Source: Amoebophrya sp. A120 | Taxonomy: Eukaryota; Protista; Dinoflagellata | Length of the DNA stretch: 64,000 bases | NCBI GenBank assembly: GCA_905178155.1 | Contig: CAJINV010000010.1 | Location: 1,036,678-1,100,677, forward strand | Direction: 5' to 3' | Shown: piece by piece, positions 25,501 through 39,000 of the stretch | Position numbering within the stretch: position 1 is the first letter of the stretch | Layout: the number at the start of each line of letters is the position of its first letter | Program-made: the position numbers and the translations under genes | Notes under the pieces: model-generated | The model's database searches: none | What the model was told of the DNA's origin: nothing | Seen by the model: the letters and a program-made list of their open reading frames with translations, nothing else

Positions 25501-27703
25501 TTGCCGGCAGACCCGGCGACGTGTTGAAGTTTTTGAACACCCAGGATGTCTGCCTCGACTACATTTCAGTGCTGATTCTCGACGACGCACAAGATTTATG
25601 TACTAGTACGATAGGGGGTAATGCTGGAGGTGGAACTAGTGTACTAGACCGAGCCGCGTCCGCCTCGTCGGACCAAACTCCTATCCCAGTAGTTGCTGCA
25701 GCACATCTTCTACCGCACGGAAAAACTGTCTCAGTCCCAAACCTTTGCAGAAACTTGCTCGGCATGACACGGAAAACCTGTGATGCGTCAGGCACAAAAA
25801 AAAAAACATAAAAGACGACTCTTTTGCTTGTCGAGTATGACAAAAACTGTCTCCAGGAAGTTGCGCATTACAAGTTGAGACTGAGACAGTTTTTTCTCAG
25901 GATAACATCAGAAGACCACAACCCAGATGGACGAAGTGATTCAGGTTTCCCACCTCGTAGAGTGCCGGATTCTGTATCTGTCGGCAAAAGAGTATCGTAC
26001 TCCTCGTAGTTGCAGTCATGCGTGACAAATCCAACTTTCTACCTGAACTACAGCTAGCATGACAAATTGCGCTTCTGTAGTTTTTGAGAAAATTTGTGAT
26101 GCGATGCCTACTACGTACAAAGGCTTTTGCAATCTGCATATTCTCGCACAGAAGCTGAAGTACGTGCTGTCGAGTCAAATGATCAACGCGGGTGGAGCAG
26201 CAGTAAACGGTCCACCTGGAACTTCCTCCTCCAGCTCCACAACCACCACTCAACAATCCGCGGCGATGCAACAGGCCCTGCAGCAGCAACAGCGGAAAGT
26301 TCTCCGGATGCTGAAGTCGTCGGTGATGAAAAAGAAAAACCTCTTCTCCGTGATGCCCTATGAATTGCAAAAGCATCATGATCGTACTAGTATAAATTGC
26401 ATTACAAATTTGCTCAGCATGAAAAATTGAATTTGTAATGCTGTTTCACATTGGAAAGGAAATTTGTCATGCATACCTGCAATTAGTACGAGTGCGATAC
26501 TTTTGCACAGGATATGCCCGATTTACCAACGAAGCTCCGGTCCAACGTGAAGCACTATGTGGTGGAGGCGAAGTCCGATTCTTGGTGCAAAATCTTGAAA
26601 GGACTGGTCAACGCGTTGTTGTTTCCGAAAGCGGTGGTGTTTTGCGACGACAAGAAGAAACTCGACTTGTTCCCGGCGAAAATGAAGGAACTGGGATTGC
26701 AGACCTCGGTGAACTTGAGTTACCAATCCATGAACAACTTATTACACCACCAGCCGGGGGGAGCAGCGGCCGCGATGGGTGGAAATCATGTCGTTCATCA
26801 AGGTGGGCCACTCTATCAGCAAAATTTAAATTACGGCCAGGTTAGTATGGAAAACAAAAGGTTAGAAGCGGTCACGGATTTTCACCAGGGGAAGACGAAA
26901 TTCCTCTTCACCGTGTCCGAGCCGTCGCTGTGTAAGTCGACCTATCAAATGAAAATATGTCTGGGTCTGGAAGCATGCAACTTGTTATGCTGCATTTGGA
27001 TTCCCAAAAAATCTGTATTGCTTGAGCTCCTGCAGAGGGAATGTACTTAAGTTTTGCTATGCGGAGATGGCATTTGTCATGCGTAATAGGGATCAAGTTC
27101 AAGACGCCCTCATCAAAAATCTGTGATGCTAGGACATGAATCACAGACATCATGGCTCATGCAAAACGTGCATGACAAGCCTCAGAATCTTGATCTTCCA
27201 GACCTAGACGTATTTGCAATTGATTCGACCCAATTGACCACCAGCTGCGTCTTCCATCTAGATTTGCCGCAGGAAATGCTCTCGGTGTACGCGGTTAGAC
27301 TCCTCGCCTTGGACGCGAACCCAAATCGGGAGGTGGTGTCGGTGCTGTTTGTGGAAAAGGCGTATCAACTGCAAAAATGTCTGGGTCTGGAAGAGTGCAT
27401 GTTTGTCATGCTTGTCTGGCATGACTCTCAAATCTGTCATGCACGTTACCGAAGAGCGCCATTTTTCTGTCATGCAGAAACGCAGTTTCTCATGCAGAAT
27501 AGGTAACACCTAGAAGCTCCGAAGCTTGTCAATGTCATGCTGAGCCAGAACTTGTGGCCTCCTCATGATACGCCACCCAGCATCACAAGTTTCCAGACCC
27601 AGACATTTTTACATTTGATAAGGCGGCGAAACTGGTGCCGGAGCTGGGGAAGTTGTTCAACGTGCAATTTTTGGACATGCCGGTGGAGTTCATTCCGATG
27701 TAG
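22568..27703 (+). CDS. Degenerate eIF4A-like DEAD-box helicase fold protein, multi-exon
   Basis: Q motif LYGFEKPTKLQ, motif I GPPKSGKTS, Ib GRPGDV, motif II LILDDAQ, second RecA domain VKHYVV...KAVVFC...FHQGKTKFL...FHLDLP, end FLDMPVEFIPM-stop. Confidence 0.8.
22945..23093. mobile_element. Introner family B
   Basis: DR TCTCA. Confidence 0.9.
23629..23890. mobile_element. Introner family A
   Basis: DR TGAGC/CGAGC. Confidence 0.9.
24858..25117. mobile_element. Introner family A
   Basis: DR ACAGG/ACGGG. Confidence 0.85.
25682..25904. mobile_element. Introner family E-like, decayed
   Basis: TATCC...GGATA; weak DR. Confidence 0.65.
25975..26140. mobile_element. Introner family B
   Basis: DR TTCTG/TTCTC. 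Confidence 0.8.
26359..26514. mobile_element. Introner family B
   Basis: DR TGCCC. Confidence 0.9.
26943..27225. mobile_element. Introner family A
   Basis: DR CGACC; right end ATT. Confidence 0.85.
27363..27620. mobile_element. Introner family A
   Basis: DR AGGCG. Confidence 0.9.
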
Positions 27704-30700
27704 CGAGAACGATACGTCGTCTGCGTCGGGGTAGTGGAAAAGTGATGAATTTTCGACCAGTTATTTATCCGCAGATAGGCGCCAATTTTTTCGAGTTGCT
27801 TTTTTGTCGCTTTAAGTAATTTTTGCGCTTTGGCTTGAGAAACTTCGAGAGACGTAAAGATCTCCTGCCATTCGTACGATAGATGGCCAGCGGTAGATGC
27901 AAAATCACCGCGACGAAGAGTGATACGCGACAATGCGCATACGCTTGCCTTGATGACTTTTAAAATAGGAAGATGGCTCGAAAATCGAAAGATCGCTATC
28001 AAGATACTCCCTGTTTTTACCCTTTGACCGTGAGTCCAGGTCAATCATTGTCGGCAATTATAGTGTTCGGGGCAACGTGATCACTCGTCCTCCTTTGCGC
28101 GCGTGCGGGAGAAAAGTATGACGGAGTTGATATCTGTCGCCGCTGATGACTGCGACAGCTTTTGAAGCCGCCCCGCTACTACATGAATGGCGGGCGTCGG
28201 CCAATGTGCCGGGCCTGCGGGCGGAAGTTTCCTCGGCCGGCTAGCCCGACCGCCCGGGGATGAAGAACGAACACGGGCCGCCACGCGGTTGCGAAGGAAG
28301 TAACGCGCGCCCAGCTGGCTCGATTTCCATTTCCCGCGCAGGCTCAGGAACGAACCCGGTGCGGGGGCGCGCGCCGGTGCCACTTTCCCAGGATAACACC
28401 GACCCAATACTATTATTCCGGAAACCCCGCCTCGGCTTCGGCCCTGCTCGAAACCCTGCGCGCGCGGATCTATCGCACCTGCGCGAACTTGGGCGGAGGG
28501 GCTTCGCTGGTGATGGGCTTCGTGTCGCGCGGCGCGCAGGGGCCCACTTCCGAGGATGGGGGCGGCTATAGCACGGCGCTTCCGAGGGCCCGCCAGTGCT
28601 AGGAGCTATAGACGAGGCGGGGGAGGCGGAGGGCGCCAGCAGGGTGGCTAAGTAAGTAGCCCCGCCGCACGTAAGTGCCGCAGCCCGCAAAATCTATCCC
28701 GCCCGCCGCATGCCTCCCCCACCAACGATAGTTAGACGGAGCACGCAGGTGTGTGGCCTTGCCTGGGGTGGCGCGCGCGCGCCAGAGGAGGACATGGAAG
28801 CGCCTGGGCGCCGCGATAAAGCAGCGGTGGAACAATTTGCGCCGCGCCTGTAGCGCGAAAGCCGGCGCGCTATTTTGTGAGCGCGCGGGCCACGTAGAGA
28901 AGGCACCACGGGCGCGAAGGATGCAAAGGTTTGTGGCGCCCTGCTGCGGGCATCGTTTGAGGCTCCGCCGGGCGGCCGGCGGGCGCGATTGCTAGACTCT
29001 GCCCGACCAGCCCCGAGGGTGCACAGAGCGGGGGAAGCGAAGCCGTGGAGCCCCGTTTGGCCCGGGGCCCTCCCTTTCCCGCGGCGGGCGCAGGCAGCAA
29101 ACTCCGCGCGCGCCCGCCGGCATACAGGAGGCGAAATAGAATGCCTCTGCCGCACCGCCGCCCCGCGGAGTCACTCCCTCGGCGGCAGCTTGATTCCGGA
29201 ACGGTCCCAAGTAGACCAGCGCGGGCCGCGAATACCTACGGCGGGCGGGCGGGCAGGGCGCGCGGCGCCTTTTGGTCCTCCCTCCTTCTTTGCCGGGCTG
29301 CTTGGTGCGGCCTGGGAGCCCCGCCCCCGTGTTTGGCCCTTTGTTGCCCGCCGGGCGCGCGGGGCTTGGCGGGTCGGTGGGTGTGTCGGCGGGGTTCGCC
29401 GTCGCGCTTCGTGCCCGAGCCAGCTAGGGGGGCGCCGCCGTTTCCGAGCGGCCAGTCGCGTGCGCGCCGAGTCCGGTAGGTGGCCAGGGAAGGGGCCCCG
29501 GCGCGGCCTCCTTGGCGTTGCGCCCGCGCCCGCGCGTGCGGTGGGGGGGGGCCGCGGTTTCTTTCAACGAACGAACCGTGCCCAGGACGGGGCGCGCGGA
29601 CAGGGGCAGGGCCCCCCCGAGGACGCCCTTCAGCTGGCAAAGCAGGATGGCTCGGCGGGGCGGGTGCATTTCCTGCCTGTTTTTGTTCGCATGGATGGGG
29701 CGCCTGCGTGTTTGCGTCTGGCTGCTCTCGTTGTAAGACGCAGAGGCCCTCTGCCCCTCTGTGAGTGCATCAGGCGGGTACCCACCGTTTGGCCGTTGGC
29801 TCGTCGTGGTACGTAGGTCGGTCGGCAGCATTTTCTTTGAAGTTTTCCGGGCGTCTGCCTCTCTATGTGCTTATGGGTGGGTGGAGCTAAAAATCGACTT
29901 TCAGTGATATTGAAGAAATAAGAACAGCTGCGCAGGAGGTGTTGCCCTAGTGGTGGTTGACACGAGTGTATATTTGCGAGCGGTGGGTCGTTGTCGTTCT
30001 TCATTTTTGTCTATATAGGAACATTATCTGGAGGACGACTTGATGTATTTAAGTTTTCCCTGATCTACCGCAAGTGAAAGCTCCTCATCGTTGCAAAGGC
30101 ATAAAAAGTTAAGACCTGTGTTCACAAGGGAATATGCAAGAACTCTGAAGTAGACACGAAACAAATAGGCTAGGTCGTATTCGGTACTAACTAAATCAAG
30201 CAGTTTAGTCGGTATTGGTTTGGTCTCTTGGATCTTCCCTTTCGGACGATGACATCGATAAACGCCATCGGTTTTGCGTGCCGTGTAGTCACGCTGTTGT
30301 GTCGCGCGAGCTTCCAGCGGAGCATTCTAATTTTTTATGGAATTGACTTCATCATTAAGCTGGGAAACTGTAGAAAGAAGATGCGCCAACTTTTTCTACT
30401 AGCCTCGTCGGTGCATTACATACGTTTACTTGTCACCACCTCGATCTTATATATGTATCCGGGCGAATAACCGAAAGGGCATACTTACTGAGAAGAACTG
30501 CAGATAAGGTAAGCAGAGAAACCTAACCTCTTGCGACAACGCAGAACCAGAAAATCTTTTTTTGCCAGGGCTTCGAAAGCAGAAGCTCATACCTTTTCTC
30601 CCACAACCAGCACGACCCGTCGAGTAGTAGTACTGCTGAGTTCATCAGTTCGAAAAAAATACCATACTAGTGAGATAGAGCAGTGGTTTTGCTGGTGTGT

Positions 30701-30839
30701 GTGCGTACACAAACCACCTCCGCCTTCAGGATCGATCGCGAACAACTTTTCTTTGGCGTAATATAAAACAAGTACGTGCAGACAAATAAATAAGTTTTCG
30801 CATCGGCTACGCAAGGGCAAAAGAAACCCGAAGCCAACA

Positions 30840-31454
30840 ATGCGCTCCTCTCCTCGGAAGACTAACAGCATGCTCGTCAAGGTCGTGACCTTCCTGGTTC
30901 TTGCCGGCGATAAATACCACGGCGGGTCGTCTTCGCTGGGAGTCGCGGGACGAGTGTTCACTCTGCACAAGACTGCGAAGAAGCAAGATCCGGAGCACGT
31001 GGCAGCAGGTGGACGTGGAGCAGAAGCTGAACAAGGAAAGACGGAAGACAAACAAGACTCCCACGACGCGCTGTCCGGTGGGAGTGAACAAGAAAATAAA
31101 TCTTCGTCGGGATCCATCCTCGGTTGGTTCGGGGAACGCACCCCTGTCGTAGTGAAGGACTGCAGTGAGCTGGATTGGACGATCTCGAGAGTCGGATTTT
31201 ATTTGCGATGGCATAAGCCAGCGCCCATTTTTACGAAATATGGAAGGATCCCGAAAAATGCGCGCAAGTGCGAAGCTGCAGTTGACAGTGAGGGGGAGAA
31301 ATGCTACGGGTGGACGTACAGCAGCTTTCCTACCGGCCGCTTTTTCCGTTGTCGCAAGGACGGTGATCAGAAGGGCATGGAAGCGAAGGCGAGAAAAGTC
31401 CCGGCGTCCTGCTGGAGTTGGGGATTTTTTCATGATGCGAGCCCTTACTGCTAG
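30840..31454 (+). CDS. Putative small secreted cysteine-rich protein (intronless)
   Basis: 204-aa ORF with a hydrophobic MLVKVVTFLVLAG near the start, a polar linker, and a C-terminal region with six Cys. No family recognised. Confidence 0.45.
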   Translation: MRSSPRKTNSMLVKVVTFLVLAGDKYHGGSSSLGVAGRVFTLHKTAKKQDPEHVAAGGRGAEAEQGKTEDKQDSHDALSGGSEQENKSSSGSILGWFGERTPVVVKDCSELDWTISRVGFYLRWHKPAPIFTKYGRIPKNARKCEAAVDSEGEKCYGWTYSSFPTGRFFRCRKDGDQKGMEAKARKVPASCWSWGFFHDASPYC

Positions 31455-33029
31455 CTTGTTCCGGGGGAGCGCGTGAAAAGACCGGCCTCGCAATGCGCCG
31501 GCAGCACGTAGTGGGGGTAAGAAAGTATGTACTTACTTCCCCCGAAGATCGATATTGAAATGTGAAGAAGAACCGCGCAGCATCAACCGATGTTGCCTAG
31601 AAGTGATCGGGCTTTGGAAAAAAACGAAAAGGATCTGTGTTATGGTAGATCAACAGTCCAATGTGCAACTATGTTCCTACAGAACTTAAACTCACCACTT
31701 ACTCGACGACCTAGCTTCTGCTACGCCTACGCGTCTTCTTGTCGAGATAGATACGATAGCATACCGAGAACAAAGCAAACAAGTTATCTTTTTTTTTTTA
31801 TTTCACGCGTCGAAACACCACAGCCTCACCTCCTTCGTCGCGCCACTATAATAACGTTTGCGCTTCGGAAGGATCTGTCGTCATTTTGCTTCTTGTTGCG
31901 TACTGTCAAGCACATCTACAATTTTTGAAACTTGGCAATTTGCTCGCAAACTCAGATGCACTACAACTAAGTATTCATCTGAAACTGAAACCGGCCGGCA
32001 AGCCCGTTGACCGAGAAGGGCCTGGGCCTCAAGCCCTGCGTCTGAGTGGTGCATGTTCGCAGGTAGTGTCATTTCTAGAAAAGGATGAGGACAGGTTTTT
32101 TTTTGGGTGTAAGGACTTCTTCACGAGCGAGCGAGCAAGCGGGTTATGTTGTCTACTTCTTTCGTTTTTTCCTCTACTCGTCACGCCATCTATTTTTTCA
32201 TCCTCCACTCGTCTTTCTCGATGACTGAGGTTCAGTGCCTATTGACTCCCATCTATGTCATCTTGCGAAAAAAAATCGGTTGCAGTTTTTTGCGCGCCAC
32301 GGCGGGTGTGCCGGGAGAGCCAATGGTCACGAGTGGCAAGTGCTTTTTTTTCTGATTGCTTTTTGTTTCATCAACGTTGATTCCGAATCTCTGTCGTGTT
32401 ATTTTTGGTTAGCGTCGTGTCGCCTAGTCGGTATGATTTTTTTCAAGGCGTCTTAATTTTTCGCCTGCTGAGTTTACTGCAGGAGCAGGCTGCACATCAG
32501 AGCTATCCAGTTCTTGGGAAAAACTACTTACATCTCAGGAGCTAAGTGGAAACACTTTTTTTACGCCGCCTTCGGGTTGTTGCGTCGGAACTATCCACTT
32601 TTAAACGCTGAGGTTTTGGAAACTCCATTGCGTTTCGTCGTGTAAGTATACAAACACTTCTCGTCCATAGAACCATAACTTTACAGACTCTGACTCAAGT
32701 AAATTTTAGTATTGCTTGTAGTTCATCCACACAACGAAGATTTCCCCTCACGGCCATTAAAATAGCCTGCATAAATAAGTAAAGGTAAACCATTGGTGGA
32801 CCATAAGAAAATACTAGGTAAGTAGCCGTTCTTTAAAGAAAAAATTAGAGACATAGTACCTGATCTTCCATAAGAGTAAGTACACAAATCAAAAGCTCTT
32901 TAGTACTATTGTAACTTTCGGTTCAGCGTAAAAGTGGATTCATCTCACAACAAACAAATCGAAACAGCAAGAAAGGGATTTTCCTCCGCCTCTCCTAGGC
33001 GGTCTCTCGTAGCCGCAGGAGCTGCTGCC

Positions 33030-36000
33030 ATGATGTTTTTAAAATTTTACGAGAAGGCAGCAAAAAAGATGTCGCTTTCAACATCTTTCGCGGCTTTGCT
33101 ATTTTGCGGCCTGCAGCAGGCATTTCTACTGACCAACGCGTTGGATGTCGAACTCTACGACGTGCACAACACCCAGTGGCGCAAGGTCGGGACTGCGCCG
33201 GCCAATTTGTTTCCGCTTTTCGACGCCGAGGCGCCGACGACCGACAAAGATGGCTTTGTTTTAACCCACACCTATTCCTTCGTCCCCCCGCCCCCGGGCG
33301 TTGGCTTGCCGGTGATGCTGCAGCGGCAATCTTTAACTGCGGACGAGATTACCCGCCGGAAAGTGCTGGTCTTGGCGGCGCGAAGAAGGCAGCTGCTGGT
33401 GGGGGAAGGTAGGAGTTTTCAATTTTGCTTCTATGTTTATGTTGAGCGTGAGGTGGTTTTTTGTAGTGCCTGCATTCTGTACTAATGCGAAGCCGAATGA
33501 CAGATACAAAAGATGAACAAGACCTTGATTATGTCTGATGAAGCAAGACCCCCTACTGAAGTTTCGAACATATAATCTTCAAACATCCCATAGCCACCTC
33601 CCCCTCCGACAATCAAGTGGCCCCACCTGCCAGCCACCGTCAGCTCGCGGCCCCGACGCTCGCCAACGAGCGAGAAATTGTCCGAACCTTGTTGAATATC
33701 AACAAGGCCGTATCCTGAGTAAAAACGTACCCACACCAGAGTCAAGATGGGGAATCGGCTAGACAAATCCACAAGCTTTGGCTGTTTTGCATGACAAATT
33801 TGGATTCGTAGTGTAGTGCTGTTTGAGCTAGCTCAGCAGCATCACAGATCTAGCATGCAATGCTGATTGGAGCACGACAAATTGCAAAACGCGATTAGAA
33901 AATGCTTCTCATGGGGCTCCGCATGAGAAACATTTTCAGCATGCAGATTTGCATTACAACTATGGGGTGGGTACGTTTTTAAATAGGATAGGCCGCTCGG
34001 CTGCCCTTCAACTACACCGCACAGTACGATGATTTGCGTGAGATTATCCTGTGTGAAAACGTCCCCACCCCGGAGTCAAGTTGCGAACTTAGCAACACAA
34101 ATCCACAAGTTTTGGGAGCCACGCATGACAAGTTGCAGTCTGCAGTGTAGTGCATGTTAGCAAGGACATCGGCATCACAAATCCATCTGCTTATCCTGTT
34201 TGCAGCATTACAAATACCAAAACACGATTGGAAATGCCTGTCATAGGGAAGCGCGTTACAAGCGCCCCTGTCATTGCAAATCTGCATGACAACCCTGGGT
34301 TGGGGACGTTTTTACATAGGATAGAGATTTTTGACGCGGGTTTGAACGAGCACGGGGGGGTCACGACTACCACACTGACCGGGTTAGAGCGCGCCGCCAG
34401 CGAGATGGAGGCGAGCTGGAAGAAAACGACGGCGGACCAGTCGTTCACCGTCGCGGAAGAGGCCGACGGGACTTTGCCGTCGATCAAGAAACCGCTAAAC
34501 AAAGATTACGTTTGGAACGAGGTATGAGAGTGCACAACTCCCCCTCTCACTGTTTTGTCATGCAAAATTCCTAACTCACCCTTTGGCTTTGCCTCGTAGC
34601 ACTGTTTGCATGACAGATTCCGGATGAATCTAAAACAGCACTACAATCCTCTGCGAATTTGTCATGCAAAAGCTGCATCTCTGCCAGCGCAAGTGCTTGT
34701 GTTGCTGTTGATGCAACACAAATGAGGGGGAGGGGGAATTGTGCACTACTATGCGAGGAGAGAAACGGCTACAATCTGACTTACATCCAGACCTGCGAGT
34801 ACATTCAGGGCAGTGGCGCCGAGATGCACTTGCAGGTACTAGGCTTCCTTCTGCATAGGAACAAATCGCATGACAGATCTGATTCTGCATTGTCATGCGC
34901 AACCCCTCTACGACCCACCTTTTTTGCAGCACACGGAAATTTCTTTCGTATTCGTATCACTATCAGGTCCTTTTCCCGGTTCTTGCCACAAAGTACAATT
35001 TCTGTGGCGCCGGCACGAAGTACGGCAACCGCATGATGGGCAATGACGCGTACAAGACGCAGATGGCGTATAACCCGCTCAGGTGTTACAATCTCAAACG
35101 TTACAATAGAATATGGCAAACTGTGATGCAAGAGTGCATGATCTAGCCAACTCTCATGGGATTGCGCATGACAAGTTCCGGAGCCCCAAAACCCACTACA
35201 ATCTGGCGAAATTTGTATTGCAGAAAGTGGAACGCTCTGCGAGGTTGTCATGCTCAACATGCAAGACAAATCTCAGATTCTATTGTAACGTTTGAGATTG
35301 TAACATCTGAGCGGGTTATATGGCGGCCTGCGGCTTTCCGCTTGTCGGAACGGAGCCCTACGACGTTCCGGTCGATGCGATTTATCGCAAGAAAAAACTG
35401 TTTCAGTGTAAACTTGTGATGCAGAAAATGGAACACAGAAGCGTTTGTCTTGCTACACGACATACAAGACAATGGATTTGCAGCCATGTTTTCCCTTAGG
35501 AGTCTCGCATGGCAAATTTTTGTATTGTCATGTGTAACGAAGACGAACTTGTGATGCAGAACTTGCAAAATCCTTACAGTTACTTAAACACTTTTTTCGT
35601 GCGATGCGATCGATGAATGCTGCAAGACCCACGACGAAGACCATAACCGCTTTATCAAAATGAAAAATCCCCCCTCCCCATATCAAAACGGAATTTCTGA
35701 TGCTGGATCTGTGTACACAAATGCGCTCTGTATTGCAGGAAGGCATTGCGGCCAGATACCCAGCCTAGGCACAGGCGCCTGGGTCTAGTTGTCTAGCATG
35801 GCAAACAGCTCCCCTTTAGGCCAAACAGCATGACAAACCGCTTCCATAATCGGGCGGAAGCTTCTGCCCTTGTCTTCTTGCAAGACAAATGGGATTTGTG
35901 GCCTCAAATCAGCAACACAAATTTCCGGAAACATACCTTTTCAATATGGGGAGGGGGGATTTTTCATTTTGATACGCTTGCAGCAGAATGGGTATCGGGG

Positions 36001-39000
36001 GAAAGTGGCGGGTGTGGGCGTTTACAGCGAGGAGATTACTGCGGTGGACCGGAAATTAGATGAGTGCGGGCGCAGGGTGGCGGCGACGGAGATCGGAAAT
36101 ACGATGACCGAGGGGGACAAGAGTTTCATGATGGCGGCGTTGGTATAGCTAAGTATTTTGTTTACGTTTTCAGTACATCATGTCAGTACACACAAAAAAA
36201 CACTTTTGCTATGTTGTTTCAGCATGACAAAGAAACCCAAGAAATCCTTGTATATTACACAGCTCAACGCGGAGGTGCTCGGTGCTCTGGCGCCGACAGC
36301 GGCCTACGTTTTCATCCAACATGACATCCACGGAAATGCCTTCCACAAGTACGCGAACTACAAGCGAGCGTTGGAGAACGCAGGTTTACTCGTTTACCAA
36401 GCGGCCGACGCGAGTGGAAAGAAGGCTTTTGTCCTCCGCACCGTTTTATGCATTGCAAAAGTATCGTACTAGTATAAATTGCAATACAAATTTCCTTAGC
36501 GTGAGAAATGGAATCTGTCATGCGGATCTGCCTTAACAAAAAGATTTGTAATGCAATACTTGAATTTATACGAGTGCGATACTTTTGCACCGGATATGTG
36601 TCCGGCGGGGCACTGGGTGCAGGTGAGGACAAAGTGTTCGAAATTGATCCGGAGCACCATGCTGGTTGGCTGTCGCACAAGTCGAAACAGGCCTACTACG
36701 GGTTGTGGAACACGTACTCGGCTCAAGTTGGTGCCTACAACGCCCGACAAATCGCGCAGAACGACTTTGACGACACGAAAATGCAGATGGAGCTGCTATC
36801 CGCGTTTAACGAGGAGATTGAGCAGAAGAAAAATTTGTTCACCTCTTCCCTGCAAACCATCCACGCGAAGTCTCTGGCTTTCCAGGACAAGTGGCACTAC
36901 TACAAGTTGATGGTGGATGCCGCGATCGCGCAGGTTGGATCGGTGACGAACGGGAACTCCTTCTTCACCGGCCACGGGACCGGCGGGACAATCGCAACGA
37001 TGGTTTCGATGTGGAAGAAGAAAATCGCTACAACCGCGTACAAAACCTACACGTTCGCCGCCCCCGGGAATCAGTGCGCGTTGCGGGCTATGAATTGCAA
37101 AAGTATCGTACTAGTTCTAGTATAAATTGCAATACAAATTTTCTTAGCATGAGAAATGGAATTTGTAATGCGGATGTACCTCGAGAAAAAGATTTGTAAT
37201 GCATGGCTGCAATTACTACGAGTGCGATACTTTTGCACTGCATACGGGCGAAATTAACCGCGGTGACCACAGACATCGACATGACGGACGGGGTATCAAT
37301 TGCAAATATGTGTGGGTCTGGAAGATTGCTAGACTTGTCATGCAGGTTTTCCATGCCCCATGAAATTTGGAATGCGGGACCTAGCATGACAGACTCTGTG
37401 AGGTCTCTGTCATGCCTAGCCTGCATCAGAAATCCCCTCCAAACTTGGTCGAAAGTGGACAGCCTGTGGCAATCATGCAACACAGTTTTTTGCATGATTC
37501 AGAGTTAGCATTACAAGTTACATCCTTCCAGACCCAGACATATTTGCAACCCATATGGGGTGGACAAGCACCAGCACATTGTGAACTACGTCCACGCTTT
37601 GGACAAAAACAACGCGATTGACCACCACATCGGGAAGAAGTGCACTTTTGGGACAACAGACGCCGCGACGGCGACAAGTAAAGCGAAGTACTTCTGCGCA
37701 AAAATGGTCGGCTTCAACGGTGCCGACATGTTCCTGTCAACGGGCAAGGCGCATCTGTTCATGAAGCAGTGTCTGTACTTTTCCCACATGGTCGAATCTG
37801 TGGCGAATTTCTTGAGTTCGGACGCGATCCTCGCAGCCGACGGGACGACGGACGGCGGGTGTGTCGCCGCGGCAACGCAAACGGACGTCATCACCACCGG
37901 CAACGCCGCGACGAGCTGCGCCCCGTGCTACGACCCGCTGGTCGCGTCCGCCTGTCCGGCGACCATTCCGAAGATCCCGCTAATGTGGTCGCAGGGGATG
38001 CAGGCGAACCTGCAGCAGTCGTTCACGCAAACGGCGAGTCACCCGTGTATCGAAGCCGGGTCTGGGTTGTCGACACCGTCGGCGTTGCAGTCGCTCCCGT
38101 TGTCGGCGGCGCACCAAAGTTCCGCGGTGATCCAGAATCTGTTTCAGAACTGCATGTTCCTTATGCATTGCAAAAATGTCTGGGTCTGGGAGGTTGCGAG
38201 ATTTGTCATGCTTGTCTGGCGTGACTCTGAACTCTGTGTTGCATGGCCGCGAAGAGCTCCTCCTCCCTGTCATGCAAAAACGCAGTTTCTCATGCGGAGT
38301 ACGCAACTCAGAACCATGGAAAAAACTTATCATGCTTGGCAGCGCATTATAGTGACTTCACTATTCCCTTTCTTGCATCACAAGTTTCCAGACCCAGACA
38401 TTTTTGCAGTTGATATTTCTCGGCGGGCAAAGTGACTTCTTCGTCACGGGGAGTAGCGCACGGGTGGCGGGGGTGGCAAACCAGTATAGTGAAATTCTTC
38501 CCCAGTACAACTTCGCGTTGCAGTACAACTTGATGGGTAACAAACTGAAGTTCCAAGCTTCCATGTATTTGCAGAAACTCGCGGCCGCCGGGGAGTTCCG
38601 GTTGATGTCGTTTTTCTCCGTTTCGGATTTAACCCAGATGCTGTCGAACCAGCTAACGGAAGAAATCGGCGCGGGCGAGGAATCGTTTCCAGGACAAGAG
38701 TATTTGGAGAAAGTGAACAGTTTGGCAAATGATTACAGCGGTTTTGAAAAATTGAAACTGTCGAACAAGAACCTGAAGCACTTGACGAAAGCGCCGATGT
38801 TTGACACGGTTTTGGAAGCTGGGAAGAAGACGTGTAGTACTGTGGTCCAGTTCGAAGCGTGTGTTTCGCTGTTAGCCAACACGGATCTGCTCTTGTCTGT
38901 TGGGTTCGCGTCTGGTCTCGGGAATTTAGCGAAAACATTATCCTTCAAGATCGGCACCGTGACTGCCACAGCCGCGACGTTTCTACAAACCGCGCCGGTG

